From Eledone cirrhosa (lineage: Eukaryota): DNA of 64,000 nt. The position numbers and the translations under genes were made by a program. The stretch is taken from positions 286,440,001 to 286,504,000 of the forward strand of contig OZ024741.1 of assembly GCA_964016885.1 (NCBI GenBank). Direction: 5' to 3'. The notes under the pieces were generated by a model. That model searched no databases. It saw only the letters and a list, made by a program, of their open reading frames with translations, and was not told the DNA's origin. This document shows positions 1-13,392 of this stretch, piece by piece (the stretch's first letter is position 1; every line of letters starts with the position of its first letter).

Positions 1-799
1 CTGGGATTTGAACTCAGGGTCAAGAGTGCTTGACCAAATAACAATAGAGCATTCTATCCGACGTTCTTACCACCTATTTCTTAATTATAATTATCTATAT
101 ATAGTTCATACACTGTTCTGTCTGCTTACACTGATACTCTGTAGATTTAGTGGTGACGGTGGAGAAACTTAAATAATCAAAAAAGGAAAAGAGGAATGGA
201 AGGAAAATTCCACACCCTTGTCTGCATGATATGTCTCAGCTGTATCGCGCATACCCGATGGCGAAAGCATTGCCACCGATGATAGCCAGTGAATCAGCCA
301 TTCCACCTAATAGAGCTTTTTTCTCAGGCGGAACGCACTAATCCCGATTTTGTGGATGAAAATGTTAGTCAGGGTACTGATTGGCATGAAAAGGTAACGG
401 TCGATCAAATCCCAAACTTTTATATTCCAGCTGTTTCTATTTGTGCTAGAATGCAAAAACCCGGTTTTTACAACTGTAGAAGTCACTTAGACCGGACTTT
501 CAATTTCTTATTTACCCACGTTTTTGCATGCAAACATATTGAACTACAGATGTTCAGACTGGATATCACTCTTACCAATCTTATCAGTCTAGATGGGGAC
601 TGAGTTCAAAGAACTATTTCATGATTATAAAGGCAACGCTCATGGATATTTTACTGTCCCGAACAGTAAAAAATTCTCCTCAGATTGGAAACATTGTCCG
701 AAAGCTTGCAGTTGTATAAACTTCACTAAAAGCACCTATAGAACAGGTAGTGGTGTTAAACAGGGCATTAGGTCTTCCACATCAAAATAGATTTCTCTC

Positions 800-955
800 T
801 GATTGATTTCCACACAGTACCCGTCTATTAAATGTCACTTTATGGTTTTGGCCAACTCAAAGTTATGTTAAAAGACTTGCTCTTAGTGAAGTGAAACCGA
901 AACCAAATGGATGTAGTTGCGAAACCAACTTCTTAACCTTACAGCTATGACAGTT
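800..955 (-). mobile_element. Degenerate SINE (octopus OR/CORE-like)
   Basis: Decayed resemblance, from memory, to the reverse strand of an octopus tRNA-derived SINE (aagacttgctc...gaaacc...cttcttaacc..acagctatg). Confidence 0.4.
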
Positions 956-984
956 CCCACAGAGCTATGGTATGGTATGGTCCC

Positions 985-1300
985 ATAACTCCCGATAGAG
1001 TCGTAGGAGCGCCGTATTGACATACAGCGTTTCTTGGGACTCTTAAACCTGGGGGAGCCCGTATACTCTTCAGGTCTGAGTACAGCAGATTTCTTTCACA
1101 GAAAGATAGAAAGAGAGAGAGAAAGAAGTGAGAAAGAGATATAGAGAAAGAATCGACCCCACTGGTACTTTCTTATCGACCTCAAAAGGATGAAAGGCAA
1201 AGTTGACCTCGGTGGGGTTTGAACTCAGAGAGAAGAGAGTCGGAACGAGTACTTCAAACAAACTATCCGACGTTCTAACGACTCTGCCAATTCGCTGCCC
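985..1300 (-). mobile_element. tRNA-derived SINE with extended 3' part
   Basis: rc carries B-box GAGTTCAAACCCC and the TTTGCCTTTCATCCTTT.GAGGTCGATAA core; similar layout at 33115-33435. Confidence 0.7.
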
Positions 1301-1309
1301 ATACACTGA

Positions 1310-1348
1310 GATGGTGGTAGTAGCAGAAGCACCAGCAGCAACACCAGC

Positions 1349-1386
<38 letters not shown>

Positions 1387-2130
1387 GAGTAGTAGTAGTA
1401 GTAGCAGTAGCAGTAGTAGTAGTAGTAGTTCTTCTTGCATCTCCAGTTGCTACTGTTATTGTTGTTGTGGTTGATGTTGCTGTTCTTCTTATTATTGTTG
1501 TTACTGCTGTTATTGCTGGTATTGAGGTTGCTGTTGCTGTTACTACTGTTGTAGTTCCTGTCGTGCCGTTGGTGCTGGTGCTGTTTCTTTTGTTGTTGTT
1601 GTTATGGTTGTTGTTGTTGTTGCTCCTGTTGTTGTTACTATTTGTGTTGTTTTACTGTTGTTTTTTTCTGCCGCTGTTACTGTTGTTGTTGTTATTATTG
1701 TTTTTGCTGTTACTGTTGGTGTTGTTGTTATTGTTTCTGCCGCTGTGGCTGTTTCTTTTGGTTGTTGTTGCTACTGCTGTTGTTACTGTTGTTATTGTTA
1801 CTGTTTTTTTTTGTGTTGTCTTTTTTGCTGTTACTGTCACTGTTGTTGTTGATGTTATTGTTTCTGCCGCTGTGGCTGTTTTTTTGTTGTTGTTATTCTT
1901 GCTGCTGCTGCTGCTGCTGCTGTTACTGTTGTTATTGTTATTGTTTTTTTTGTGTTGTCTTTTTTTGCTGTTACTGCCACTGTTGTTGTTGTTGTTATTG
2001 TTTCTGCCGCTGTGGCTGTTTTTTTGTTGTTGTTATTCTTACTGTTGTTGTTGCTGTTGCTGCTGCTGTTGTTACTGTTGTTATTGTTACTGTTGTTTTT
2101 GCTGTTACTGTCACTGCTGTTGTTTATTAT
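1310..2130. repeat. (GTA)n/(GTT)n low-complexity tract with a higher-order repeat
   Basis: TTATTGTTTCTGCCGCTGTGGCTGTTT recurs at about 1729, 1856 and 1995. Confidence 0.85.
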
Positions 2131-2654
2131 GTCAAACGATGTATTTAAAAGAGAATCTCTTTTGTTGTCAACTCCGATGAAAGCGGCGGATAATTGTTGT
2201 AAAGCATTGCCGATCATGCAATCGGGAAGAAACAATGATGAAAGCTTTTCTCAATCTTCTTCCGTCTCTCCTATTTTTCTTTCCTTTCATTTCGTTTCTT
2301 TTTCCTTTTCTTTTCTGTCTAAAGTCTCAAATCTAATGTAAAAACAAAGACTTAGCTACAGTATTCTCTAATGAGTGGATGACTCATTCTTGACATGATA
2401 ATCCAGCTGACCTCTCTCAGTTTATATTGACATCGTTTTTAATATATTCTACGTTGAGGCAACAGAAAAAGCGGTGCCGATTCTGAGCCAGTATGGAAGC
2501 CTCTAAGTTGGGGGATGAAGGGTGTTGAGAAGGTCCAGTGGGCGCTGGGGCCTAAGGGGTCGCTGGGGGTGGTAGAGAACAAAAGGGCGTTGGGGTTAAC
2601 AGAGAGGCTGTAAGTGTCATTCCGCCCATGCAAGTGAATATTATTATTTGGTAG

Positions 2655-2995
2655 GTGGATATTATTATAGGTAGTATCCCGTCGAGGTTAACTTTGCCTT
2701 TCATCCATACGGGGTCGATAAAATAAAGTACCAGTAATACACTGGGGTAATTGTTGGCCTTGTTCCAAAAGTAGAAACAATTATTATTGTATTGTATAGG
2801 GCGATGGATTGGTAGTATCGGTGGAGCGTCAGACACCATACTTTGCAGAATAGAGTTGTGTCCCTTTACGATCTGAGTTCAAATCCCGCCGAGGTTAGCT
2901 TTGCCTTTCATCCTTATGTGGTCGATAAAATAAAGTACCAGTAACGTACTGGGATAATTGCTGGCCTTGTGCCAAAAGTAGAGACAATTATTATA
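2655..2995 (+). mobile_element. Two tandem tRNA-derived SINE copies
   Basis: Repeated GAGGTTA.CTTTGCCTTTCATCC...GTCGATAAAATAAAGTACCAGTAA...GGCCTTGT.CCAAAAGTAGA; second copy has B-box GAGTTCAAATCCC. Confidence 0.85.
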
Positions 2996-3148
2996 GTATT
3001 GTATACATATGATATAACAGTATCTCAAATATCAAATGATATATACTATGTATAAATATAGTAAAAGAAAAAATATATAATATTTATTTATACATAATAT
3101 ATATTATATTATTCATTGTAAATAAATTAACGATTTTATTTATTACAT

Positions 3149-4008
3149 ACTAGCTGAGGTACCCGGTAATACCCGGAAGCGGGCGGTATTCCCAGTTCCC
3201 ATTAAAATGCCCAATGCCTCTCAGACCAAAGATAAATATTACAGCAAGCAGAGAATATTAAGTTGATTTATGGAGAACATTTTAAGCCCACAACAGCTGA
3301 AGCCAAATTTCGCTCATCAGTTAATCAAAAATCAGCTTACGTCTGCTCGAGTGGTCTGGATAATGTTCTTTAGCAACAAGCCATCCTTAGGACATAATCT
3401 ATCTGTGTTTCAAGTTTGAAGGAAATTGGTTGAGAGCTTTAAAAGTTATGGCAGAAAATAACATTCATATGAGCATTTGCATACAAATTTCCTATTCATT
3501 TTTAAAAAATCGATGCAGACTGGAAATTATCGATTTTTTTTTAACTTCAAAGTACGTAAGAAATCAAATGGGCATGAGCGCCACACACGTGTCAAGTTTC
3601 ATCAAGATCGGTTTGGTAGGTCTTTAGTTTTAGGTTCACAAACAGATCCACAAACAAACACACACACAAACAGACAGAAATTGCCATTTATGTATATAGA
3701 TAGGGGATTTAACCCCCATTAGCGTGTCTTAATATTATTTAAATTTGCTGAAATTTTGTGAATAGGCATCATATCTTGTCATTTACCTATGGTTTAAATT
3801 TCATATAAATCGAAGGGAAAAAGGTTTCAGCGGGGGTTTGAGCCCCCGAGGAACCCTTTAGATTAAAATGAAATATACGTAAGAAATTAAATGGGTATGA
3901 GCCCCACACACGTGTCAAGTTTCATCAAGATCGGTTGGGTAGTTTTTGAGTTTTACATTCATAAACAAACACACAAACAGACATAAATTGCCATTTATGT
4001 ATATAGAT
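3149..4008 (+). mobile_element. Non-autonomous Helentron/HINE-like element with internal tandem duplication
   Basis: Starts ACTAGC..CCCGGTAATACCCGG, ACAAACAGAC microsatellite, ends TATATAGAT; about 3555-3700 duplicated at about 3875-4008. Confidence 0.55.
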
Positions 4009-5072
4009 TATTTACAATTTGCGTATAGGCAGGTCTCTCTGGAAATAGGGGTGGAGGCGCTGATGGTATTACGTGGCCGTGGGGGGAGCGGTGGCCCCAA
4101 AAGTTTGAGAACCTCTGCTCTAAGTGGTCGCACGACTTCCTAGAAATGGTTTTGCGTGACTAAATAAAAAATGTTATTATTTTTATGTAGTTTTATCCTA
4201 GAAAGATATTCGAGTATTTTGAAATAACATTTGGTTTTCCAGAACTGATATCTTCATTAAATTACATTTTACTGTCTTAAAAATAGAAGAGGACATCGGT
4301 ATGCAATTTGCCTAAAGATGTATAGATTGTCATGGCTAGAACGCTTTTGTTCATGAGTCTGTTCAGTCAGTGTTAAACAACAACAACAACAACGGTGGTA
4401 TTCATTTCTTAAGATTTCCGATCATGAAGCCAACAACGTCGAGTTAAGTGTAACGGCAATAGCCGTTTGAAGAAACCATTTTTCATATATTTATGAAACC
4501 AAGGTAAAGCTGGAGGACTGCTATCTTCCTTGGAAAAATTATTAATATCATCGCCAAATATTCCAATTTCATTCTTCTTCTTATTATTATTCGTCTTCTT
4601 TTTCGTTTTCTTCTTCGTCTTCTTTTTCGTTTTCTTCTTCTTCGTCTTCGTTTTCTTCTTTTTTCTTCTTCTTCTTTTCTTTCTTCTTCTTTCTTCTTCG
4701 TCATCTTCTTTTCTTTCTTCTTCTTCTTCTTCTTCTTCTTCTACGTCTTCTTTGTTTTCTTCTTTTTCTTCTTACTTTTCTTATTCTTTGTCTTCTTCCT
4801 CGTCTTATTATTATTATTATATCCCGCCGAGGTTGACTTTGCCTTTCATCCTTACGGGGTCGATAAAATAAAGTACCAGTAATGCCCTGGGTAATTTCTG
4901 ACCTTGTGCCTAAAGTAGAAACAATTATTATTATTATTATATTTCACTTGGAAAGGAAGGTGAGGGTGGAGAGAGAATTCCCCCCCCCCCCAGTACATTT
5001 GCTAAACGGTGGGTGAATGTGTTGAGAACGGACCTTGTGACCAATAATTAAAACCATTATTATTATTCGTCT

Positions 5073-5255
5073 AGGCGGTGGATTGGCAGAATTGGTAGAG
5101 GGTCGGACATGCTTTCCAGCATAGTTACGTCCCTTTACAATCTGAGTTCAAATCCCGCCGAGGTTAACTTTGCCTTTCATCTTTACGGGGTCGATAAAAA
5201 TAAAGTACCAGTATTGTACTGGGTAATTGCTGGCCTTGTGCCAAAAGTAGAAACA
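5073..5255 (+). mobile_element. tRNA-derived SINE, full length, with TSD
   Basis: A-box-like TGGCAGAATTGG, B-box GAGTTCAAATCCC; 17-bp TSD ATTATTATTATTCGTCT at 5056-5072 and 5256-5272. Confidence 0.9.
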
Positions 5256-5525
5256 ATTATTATTATTCGTCTGTTGTTGTTTTTGTCTTCTTTTTCTTCT
5301 TCAATGCTTATTGAAAAAATGTTTATGTTTTGTTTTTTAATCGAATACTAGAGTGGATATCATCGACTGCACCCTTCTCCAAAATGTTCTCACCAAACGT
5401 TTCCTCTCTCTAAAAACATCCTCTAACTAATGTATGTCTCTAGTTAACAATTCATTGTGACTAAGAGAAACTCTGCCCGTAATGTTTCTTCCTATCATGG
5501 TTATAATAAAAGCATGTAGTGTTGC

Positions 5526-5652
5526 ATGGCTTGAATTTTTGGCAATATATAGACAATAACAATACAGGCCTAGAACAACATATTATAGGATTTTACTATA
5601 TGTTGTTCTAGGCTTGTATTATTGTCTATATATTGCCAAAAATTCAAGCCAT
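5526..5652. repeat. Near-perfect palindrome (about 55-bp arms)
   Basis: ATGGCTTGAATTTTTGGCAATATATAGACAATAA...TTATTGTCTATATATTGCCAAAAATTCAAGCCAT. Confidence 0.9.
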
Positions 5653-5694
5653 TTTCCTCTTCTCAGATCCGGGTTTCCATGAAAAACATTATTA

Positions 5695-5905
5695 TTGGCA
5701 GTATCGGTAGAGCATTGGAAACATGATTTGCGGCAGAGTTACAGCCCTTTACCTTTTGAGTTCAAATCCCAGCGAAGTTACCTTTGTCTTTTATCCTTAA
5801 GGGGTCGATAAAATAAAGTACCATTAATGCACTGTGGTCGATTTAATCAACTTTCCCCTCCCCACAAAAAATTGTTGAGTTTATGCCTAAATCAGAAACG
5901 ATTAT
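5695..5905 (+). mobile_element. tRNA-derived SINE (diverged)
   Basis: TGGCAGTATCGG, GAGTTCAAATCCC, GGGGTCGATAAAATAAAGTACC. Confidence 0.8.
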
Positions 5906-6305
5906 TGTGAAGTCGATAAACTAACTTACCAAACAGGTACTGGAGTTGATATAATCATCTTTCACTTCTTCCAAAAATTGCTGGCCTTTGAACAAAATTA
6001 GAAACCACCCTTTAAAAAGAACAATTGAATTGAAATAATTTGTTTTTAATCAATGGAATTGAGCATGAGGATCCTTGATTTGGGTTTGGTTTCCTCAGAA
6101 CATTTTATAACATAAATAATTCAAATGTTTAAGTTCCATTCTCCTTCTGAAAAATCATTGTTGTCACTACTGCTAGTCTAGTGTTTGCATACTCGGAAAC
6201 TGAAATCTCAAATTCTAACGTATCACATATTTTGCCTTTTTATCACACAAAACAATGTATATTAGAAGATAATCGTATGTTAGAAAATAACAAAATGCTC
6301 TTAAA

Positions 6306-6530
6306 TTTAGAATTGAAATAGAAATACAAGGTTCACTGTAATATTTTTGTCTATTATGTAATATTGTCTATTATGTAATATTTTTGTCTATCAATAATGG
6401 GCGTATAAATCCACTGAACAGAAAAGGATGTGCTGATATCCATTGTTGTCCGTTCAGTGGGTTCATATATTAGATTAGATTATAGTCAAAAATATTTCGG
6501 TGAAGCTTCTATTTCTATTTCAATTCTAAA
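6306..6530. repeat. Degenerate fold-back (MITE-like)
   Basis: TTTAGAATTGAAATAGAAATA...TATTTCTATTTCAATTCTAAA termini, plus inner ATCCACTGAAC/GTTCAGTGGGT. Confidence 0.7.
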
Positions 6531-6813
6531 CTTCACTCGCCGTATTCCAAAAATATTTCCTTTTCTCTTACATTTGTTTAAATTTTCGAGCTATGTTGTA
6601 TCAAACACACACAAGGACTTAAATGAAATGGATACTCTAATTACTCATTCGAGTAATTAATATTTCACTCACGAAATTTACCATCAGTATGCCTTTATAG
6701 ATTTATCCTATTATTTTACACATCTATCCATCTATCTACTTTTCTATCGTCTTCCTCTCCCTGTCTCTCTAACCTTCTATGCCCCAACCCACCCTCTCTG
6801 CATCTCTCCCTCT

Positions 6814-6847
<34 letters not shown>

Positions 6848-7729
6848 TTCTTTCTTTATATATATATATATATATATATATAGTTGTAGAATACTGGTCG
6901 GTTATATACGCAATAGTAGAGCACTCAGTTCATGGGACGAGTTTGGTAGAAGTAGTCCCACAACAGTTAATACACCATTTCCGAGAAGAATTTGTTTCAC
7001 CTCAAACGAATCATCAGGTCGGTTTAAACGAGATAATACAGAAAAGGAAAACGATGGAACAAATACACATGCGCAGAAGATATTCTCAAAGGGGAAGTAT
7101 CTCACGTTAGAGCTTGGGGAGGAAACTGCAAAAGATCAGGATACGTGGAGGTGTTACGTCCGATAGTCAGGTGGGGGGCTTTAAATTACGTAATAGTTGT
7201 TTCGAAACGTAGGAACACGTGCGTAGAAATCGGGTCTCTTGTTTATACAAGTACTATTATGTAACTCCTCGGGATATTGATTCTTTCTTCAATGCACAGC
7301 CCACAAATGAATATTAATTACTCGTATGACGTAGCACATTTGATGTGAAACAAATTGTTCTCGGAATGGTGTATCAACTGTTGTGGAACTATTTATATAT
7401 ATATATATATATAATTTTATTAAGGTTAACTAGTAAGTTTTGTTACTCAGGTCTTTCACTTATCGCAGGGTCATCAAACGAGAACTAACCGTTAATAGCT
7501 GGCACAGCATAAATAATGTTAGTTTTTGACTGATGACCCTGTGATAACAAGACTCAATATTTAGCCTTAATAAAATTAATATTTAAACTCTACTTCGGGA
7601 TTCAGTACTCTTTTCTCTAAGCTGTCTACCACATACGAATATATACAAGTGTGTTTCTGTATTTATTTGAGTATGCATACATGCGAATAAACAATATATA
7701 TATAAAAATACAAGTGTATATAAGTATGA

Positions 7730-7784
<55 letters not shown>

Positions 7785-7899
7785 TAAAATGTGAAGAAGG
7801 AACACACGAGTTGGAATATATATATATATATATATATGTAAAAAGGGAGAAAAAGACGATTATTAGGAAAAAACATTTTTTTTTTTCCTTTTATTTTTT

Positions 7900-9581
7900 T
7901 TCTCTTTTTTCTGGGTTAGAAAATGTTTAAAACAAAATATTTTACTTTGTGTGAAGTGTTAAGGTATTAGTTAATTTATTTATTAATTAACAATAGCATT
8001 TATTTATTTATTTATTTATCTATTTATTAATTATCTATTACCGGTTTCAGCATTTTATGTACTATCAAAGGGGGGATTTGTATTGGCATAAAATGTTGGA
8101 GAGAAGATAATGTGATGTTGAACATATTAAAGAAATTGGAACGAAAGAATAATATCATTTACAAACAAGGTTTTTGAAGAAAAAAGAAAAAAAAAGGGGG
8201 GGGGACATGATAAGGTAATGGAAAAGAAAGAATAATATTACTTACAGGCATAGTTCTTGGAGATAAGCAGTTCAAAAAGTGTTATGACAAGAGCGCTTGG
8301 TTGGTCCATGATGGAGACAAATGGTAGTCAGGGGTTTGATATGTTTTCCCTTTTTAGAGAGTTACTATGCAGGGGGAGGTAATTCAGGGTGGTCGAGTAG
8401 GGGAGAGAGAGATAGATGAGAGGGAGTAATTCATTTATATAAGAAAAAGGATCAGGTAGGGTGTTGGGAGGTAACTTTTTAGAGAACATAGGAATTAAGG
8501 CTTTGGTTCATTGTTCGTTCCAGTTCTAGTTAAGTCCGAAGTTTAGTCCATTATGTAGAGGTCGGAATTTGTTAATGAAGTACGTTTCCTTATTGATACG
8601 ATGGATGAAACAAGCGTTGTCTATAAATTTGTAAATGGGGAAAATTATAAAGTTTGGTAGTTGGTTAGGTGCACAATTGGCGATATGTTCACTGAAAGCA
8701 ATATTTCTGTATTTCTGTATTTTGATTTGTGATCTATGGACGGTCATACGTTGTCGGAGGCTGTTTTTTTGTCTGTCCTATGCAGCGTTCTCGACAACCT
8801 GAGCAGGTGTCAAAACATAGATTAGGTTTTCAGATGCACATGTAAAGTTGTATTTAACTGTGAAATTTTGTCCTTGTTTAAAATGGAATGTTGAACCTTC
8901 TATTAGATTTATGCATATACCACAGTTGGGCCTTAGGCATTTTTTTACTGTAGGGGTCATTGTGAGGGTTGGTAGGATTTTGTTCATTCTTGGGTCTCTT
9001 TTTAGTAAAGGAATGTTCTGGAGGATGGTCTCGAATGATTCATTGTTGAGGGGGTTGTGTGTGGAGATGTATGGTAGAGTTTTCTGTTTCGGTTAATTCC
9101 TGGGTTTGGGGTGTCTGAGTTCCTGGATGTTGAGTTTTAGGGCACGTTGGAATCCATTGTTGATTAGGGATGGTGGATAGTTTCTGCTGATAAGTGTGTT
9201 CTTTAATTCTTCTAGTCGTGTGTAGCATGTGTATTTATCTGAAACTAATGTGCAGATCCTTCTGGCTAGGTTATAAGGAATTACCTTTTTGGTATGGCGA
9301 GGGTGGCATGAGTTAAATGGAAGATATTGTTTGGAGTCTGTGGGTTTGTAGTATATGTCTGTTTCTATTTTGTTGTTTGTTTTCTTGATGAGGATGTCGA
9401 GGAAAGGGAGTTGTTCATGGCTATATTCCATTGTAAATTGTACGTTTGTGTTAAGTCCATTTAGTATGGTATTAAACTCAATCAGTCTTTCTATACTTTC
9501 ATGCTAGAGGATGAAGCAGTCGTCCAGATATCTCTTCCAGTTTTTTTCTATGTGTAGGTAGAAGTGGTTACCGTATTTATA
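7900..9581 (-). mobile_element. 5'-truncated, frameshifted Penelope-like element (RT + GIY-YIG)
   Basis: rc WKRYLDDCFI, LPFLDILI, YYKPTDSKQYLPFNSCHPRHTK thumb, Cys linker, CASENLIYVLT...RMTVHRSQI GIY-YIG; 3' boundary approximate. Confidence 0.9.
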
Positions 9582-11849
9582 CAGTGGCGTAGCTAGAGTA
9601 AACGGCGCCCAGGGCAAGCATCCCCCCTCCCCATCAAAAAGTTAGGTCCACAAAGACGAAATTGCGATAGAATTTATAATAAAAAAACAAAAAACGGTTA
9701 CAACTTGATTTTTCAGGCTTTTAATGAGGCAAACTGGTTGATAATTTCCTCGAAATCAGTTCGTTCAAACTCTTCGATTTCTACACTCAAAAGGGCGAGG
9801 TCAGTCAGCCATTGTTGGCCCATTGAGGTTCGCAAATACGAATGTATTAGCTTCAGCTTGCTGAACGACCTCTCGTAACTGGCAATTGAAATAGAAATCG
9901 TCAGCCAAAAGTAAAAACAATTATTTGAATGCTGATTCGCAAATTGGGAAAAACACATTCGTCGCCGTATTATATGATGAATTGGAGAAGTGCCTCCGGC
10001 TTTCAAATTGGGTCAGCTGTCCTAGTAGCCAGCAAAGATCGGCAGTCCAATATTTCCTCATACAATTGCTCTCCGTCGATGTCGGAGTTGTATAGTTCCG
10101 CAAGACTGTTGCACCTTTGTTTAAAGACAGGGTTATCAGGAGCAGCCAAATAAAACAGATAGTTGACATCAAGAAGAAAGCCAAAACTTGAGTCGGTTTC
10201 CTTAAGTCGAATAAACCGTTCTTCCATTTCCGTTTGAAGACGATTGAGTGAACTTTGCATTGCTCTCTCTGTCTCTTTTCTGGCAGCCACCTAGACGTCC
10301 TCAGTAATTTCGGTATTGGTTTGTCGTCTTCCTCGTCTCCTCGGAAAATCGACATTCCATTTCTGGCAGAGGTCGAAGCCCATTTCAAGAGACTTGTGAA
10401 TTAAGGATGTTCCTTCTTCTTTAAAATAAAGTTGAAGGGCTCTTATATCAGCTGCAGCATCGTGAAAATTCATTCTTGGATCTTGAAGTCTCTTTTGAAC
10501 CCGGTCAATTCGTGAGAGAATCGTGTTCCAGAATCCAATCAAGTTCAGTAATTCATAACTCAGTATCCGATTATGGAGATTACTGGCATCACTTCTACTC
10601 TCGCATGTCTCTGTTTCATCATCACTAATTTTTTCGAGAACTTGAACAATCAGCGTCAAATAATTCGCCACCGGTCTGACTGCGGTACATCTAGCACTCC
10701 ACCGCGTGTCGGAAGGATATTTAACAACCACTGTAGCAACTTCTTTAAGGGCTTCCCATCGTCGTGTTGAACGAGAAAAAAAGTTGTATAACGAGTCAAT
10801 GCAACTGAAAAAGTTCATCATAGCAGAATCGTTTTGGGCTGCATGAAGACCAGCCAGATTAAGTGAATGGTTATCGCAATTAACGAAGTGAATCAAATTA
10901 TTCTTCTCTCTCATTCTCTGCTGAACCCCACTGTGGTGCCCAGCTATTATGGCAGCATTGTTGTAGCACTACGATCGACAGTTCTGCAGTGGTAGGTCAT
11001 CTTTTTCTAGCTCTTTCACGATTGTTTCAACAAGGCTTGCGGCATCTTTTTTGATTACTTGAATGAATCCAAGAAAAGATTCCCTCACAACGACCGTCTT
11101 CATATTGAAATCAACATCGACATATCGCACAACTTTTGACAGTTGTTCTCGGTGCGCCTGGTCAGGGGTCGAATCAATCAGCAGACCATAGTATCTTGCT
11201 TTTTGGATACGATTTAGTAAATTCTGACGAACTGTATTATAGAAGACAACATTGAACCACCTAAACTGGAGTCAAATTGAATTCCTAATAGAAGCTATCC
11301 GATCCTATCTGTCCATTTGGATTGTGATACCTTTTCTATACGTCTTATGTACCAGTTGTAAAAGACAAACTACTCTGTTTTGTAAACCAGCTTCATAATT
11401 ATAATTATCTTGTATTGGTCATTGCAATGCATTGCTAAAAATAGCGCCTGCGTGTCAAGCAGTTGCACGTCCAAAAATACGTCCCTTCAGTCATTCAGTC
11501 AGTGTGTGTGTGGGGGGGGGGGGGGGGCTGGTGAGGTCAATTGAGGTATCCGCTGTTTTGCAATGTATAGCTAAAAAAAATAGCGCCCGCATAATTGCAG
11601 CCCACCCTGCTGTCAGTGTGTGTGGGGGGGGGGCGTTTTTGTGAAGTCAAATCAGACATCTGCTCTGTCTAGTGCACTAGACATGGCGTGGAAGTCGACT
11701 ATCAAGAAATCACATGCTTCATTTTTGGCTTATATTTTTAAAAATGATAAAAACGACATTGATGTAAATGGATCTAGGTCGAAATTGCGCCCTCCTAATA
11801 TGGCGCCCGTGGCATATGCCCTGCTTGCTAAACCCTAGCTACGCCACTG
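9582..11849 (-). mobile_element. hAT DNA transposon (Tip100/ZMYM-like), internally deleted and disrupted
   Basis: TIR CAGTGGCGTAGCTAG/CTAGCTACGCCACTG; 8-bp TSD TATTTATA/TATATATA; motifs DSTPDQAHREQL, CDNHSLNL, TRWSAR, SYERSFSKLKLI. Confidence 0.93.
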
Positions 11850-11880
<31 letters not shown>

Positions 11881-12045
11881 TAGAAAAGGGAAGTAAGGTT
11901 CTATATGAAACACTGGATATAAAGAAAAGGTGAAGTTGAAAATAGATGACATTATTGAAAAAATGTCATCTTTTCAATAATGATACTTTGACGAAAATCA
12001 GACCCTAAAATATATTTTCCGTGCTATTTCCAACTTCACCTTTTC

Positions 12046-12100
<55 letters not shown>

Positions 12101-12102
<2 letters not shown>

Positions 12103-12391
12103 TAGCAGAATGGCCAGGCGTTGCTCGGGATTCTAAACATAGATTGGCATGTTGGCATGTTTATCCCTCCTTTCTGAACAGTTTCGTCGTATGTTCAACA
12201 AGTGATGCAGAAGTCCTAACAAAAAGTGAAGTCGCCTAGGCAAATAATTTTCCATTAAGATTTTTCAAAAGCATGTAATTGCGTTCCCTCTCTATTTTGT
12301 TGTTGTTTTTGCTGCTGTCGAGCCTCGTGAAATAAATACGTTTGTTTATACTTTGTTATTGTGTATGCAAGAATATCTGTACACGAATATA

Positions 12392-12452
<61 letters not shown>

Positions 12453-12750
12453 GACTCCAGTTGCATTTTCGATTTCATCTTTTTTTCTTTATATATATAT
12501 ATAACCTTCACCGACCAGTCTGTCGGGCGTCCATTCAACGCCGCTGGTCAAGGCGCGCCGTCCATTCCTCTCTGGATCGTGCTTTCCTCATCCATGTAAT
12601 CCCAATCGTATTCTTAAAATCGTAACTCCACCCTCGTGTAGACCTTCCGAGTGGTCGTTTCCGCTCGCGCGGATACAACTCGGCAACTACGCGGGTCCAC
12701 CGGTTATCGGTGAACCGAGCGACGTGTCCAGCCCATTTGAACTTGCTGCG

Positions 12751-12821
<71 letters not shown>

Positions 12822-13277
12822 TAACAGATTAAAGTTTAAGCAAAGAATCGCTTCTTTCACCCTTAAATGGATCTTCTGAAACTAAGAAAATCAATCTGTG
12901 AACGCAAAAGTAAATATTTCTAAAAGCGTTACACACTATATATATATACACACTATATATACATATATAGCGTCATAATGTCGTAATGCACACACTTATA
13001 GCGTCATAATGTCGTAATGCAGACAGCCAGACATACAGACAGATATGATAAGGTGCAACGTTATATCTATGTATCTATCTAAAAAGAAAGACTAAGTATT
13101 ATAGAGAGAGATCGTTAAATCGCTTAATGCGATCCATAGGTCATTGAAAATTTGAAATTTTTTTTTGCTCAAAACACTCACATGTGTAAAGTTTGAAAAA
13201 AGTCGGTTGGGTGGTTCTCGAGTTTTAGGGAGTCAGACAGACAAACAGACAGACGGTCTCTGTTTTAGATATATAAA
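12101..13277 (+). mobile_element. Possible Helentron/HINE-like element carrying nested inserts
   Basis: 5' ACTAGC..CCAGGCGTTGCTCGGG; 3' CAGACAGAC microsatellite then TTTAGATATATAAAT. Confidence 0.4.
12505..12750 (-). mobile_element. RTE-clade LINE 3' fragment in (TA)n
   Basis: rc FKWAGHVARFTDNRWTRVVAELYPRERKRPLGR. Confidence 0.8.
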
Positions 13278-13392
13278 TATTTGTGTATATATAAATGTAT
13301 ACATATAAATATGTGTGCATGTGTGTGTGTGCTCGCAGATGTACATACATACATACATACATACATACATACATACATACATACATACATAC

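Noticed and set aside
289-790. Short ORFs in unique sequence
   Set aside because: No recognisable domain or splice context
1203-2341. Long poly-Val/Leu/Cys ORFs
   Set aside because: Translations of GTA/GTT repeats, open in several frames, no domain
3295-3325. Minus-strand CTGATGAGCGAAA hammerhead-like string
   Set aside because: No stem I, II or III pairing possible
5073-5160. tRNA gene suggested by A/B boxes
   Set aside because: Head of a multi-copy SINE with TSDs, no cloverleaf
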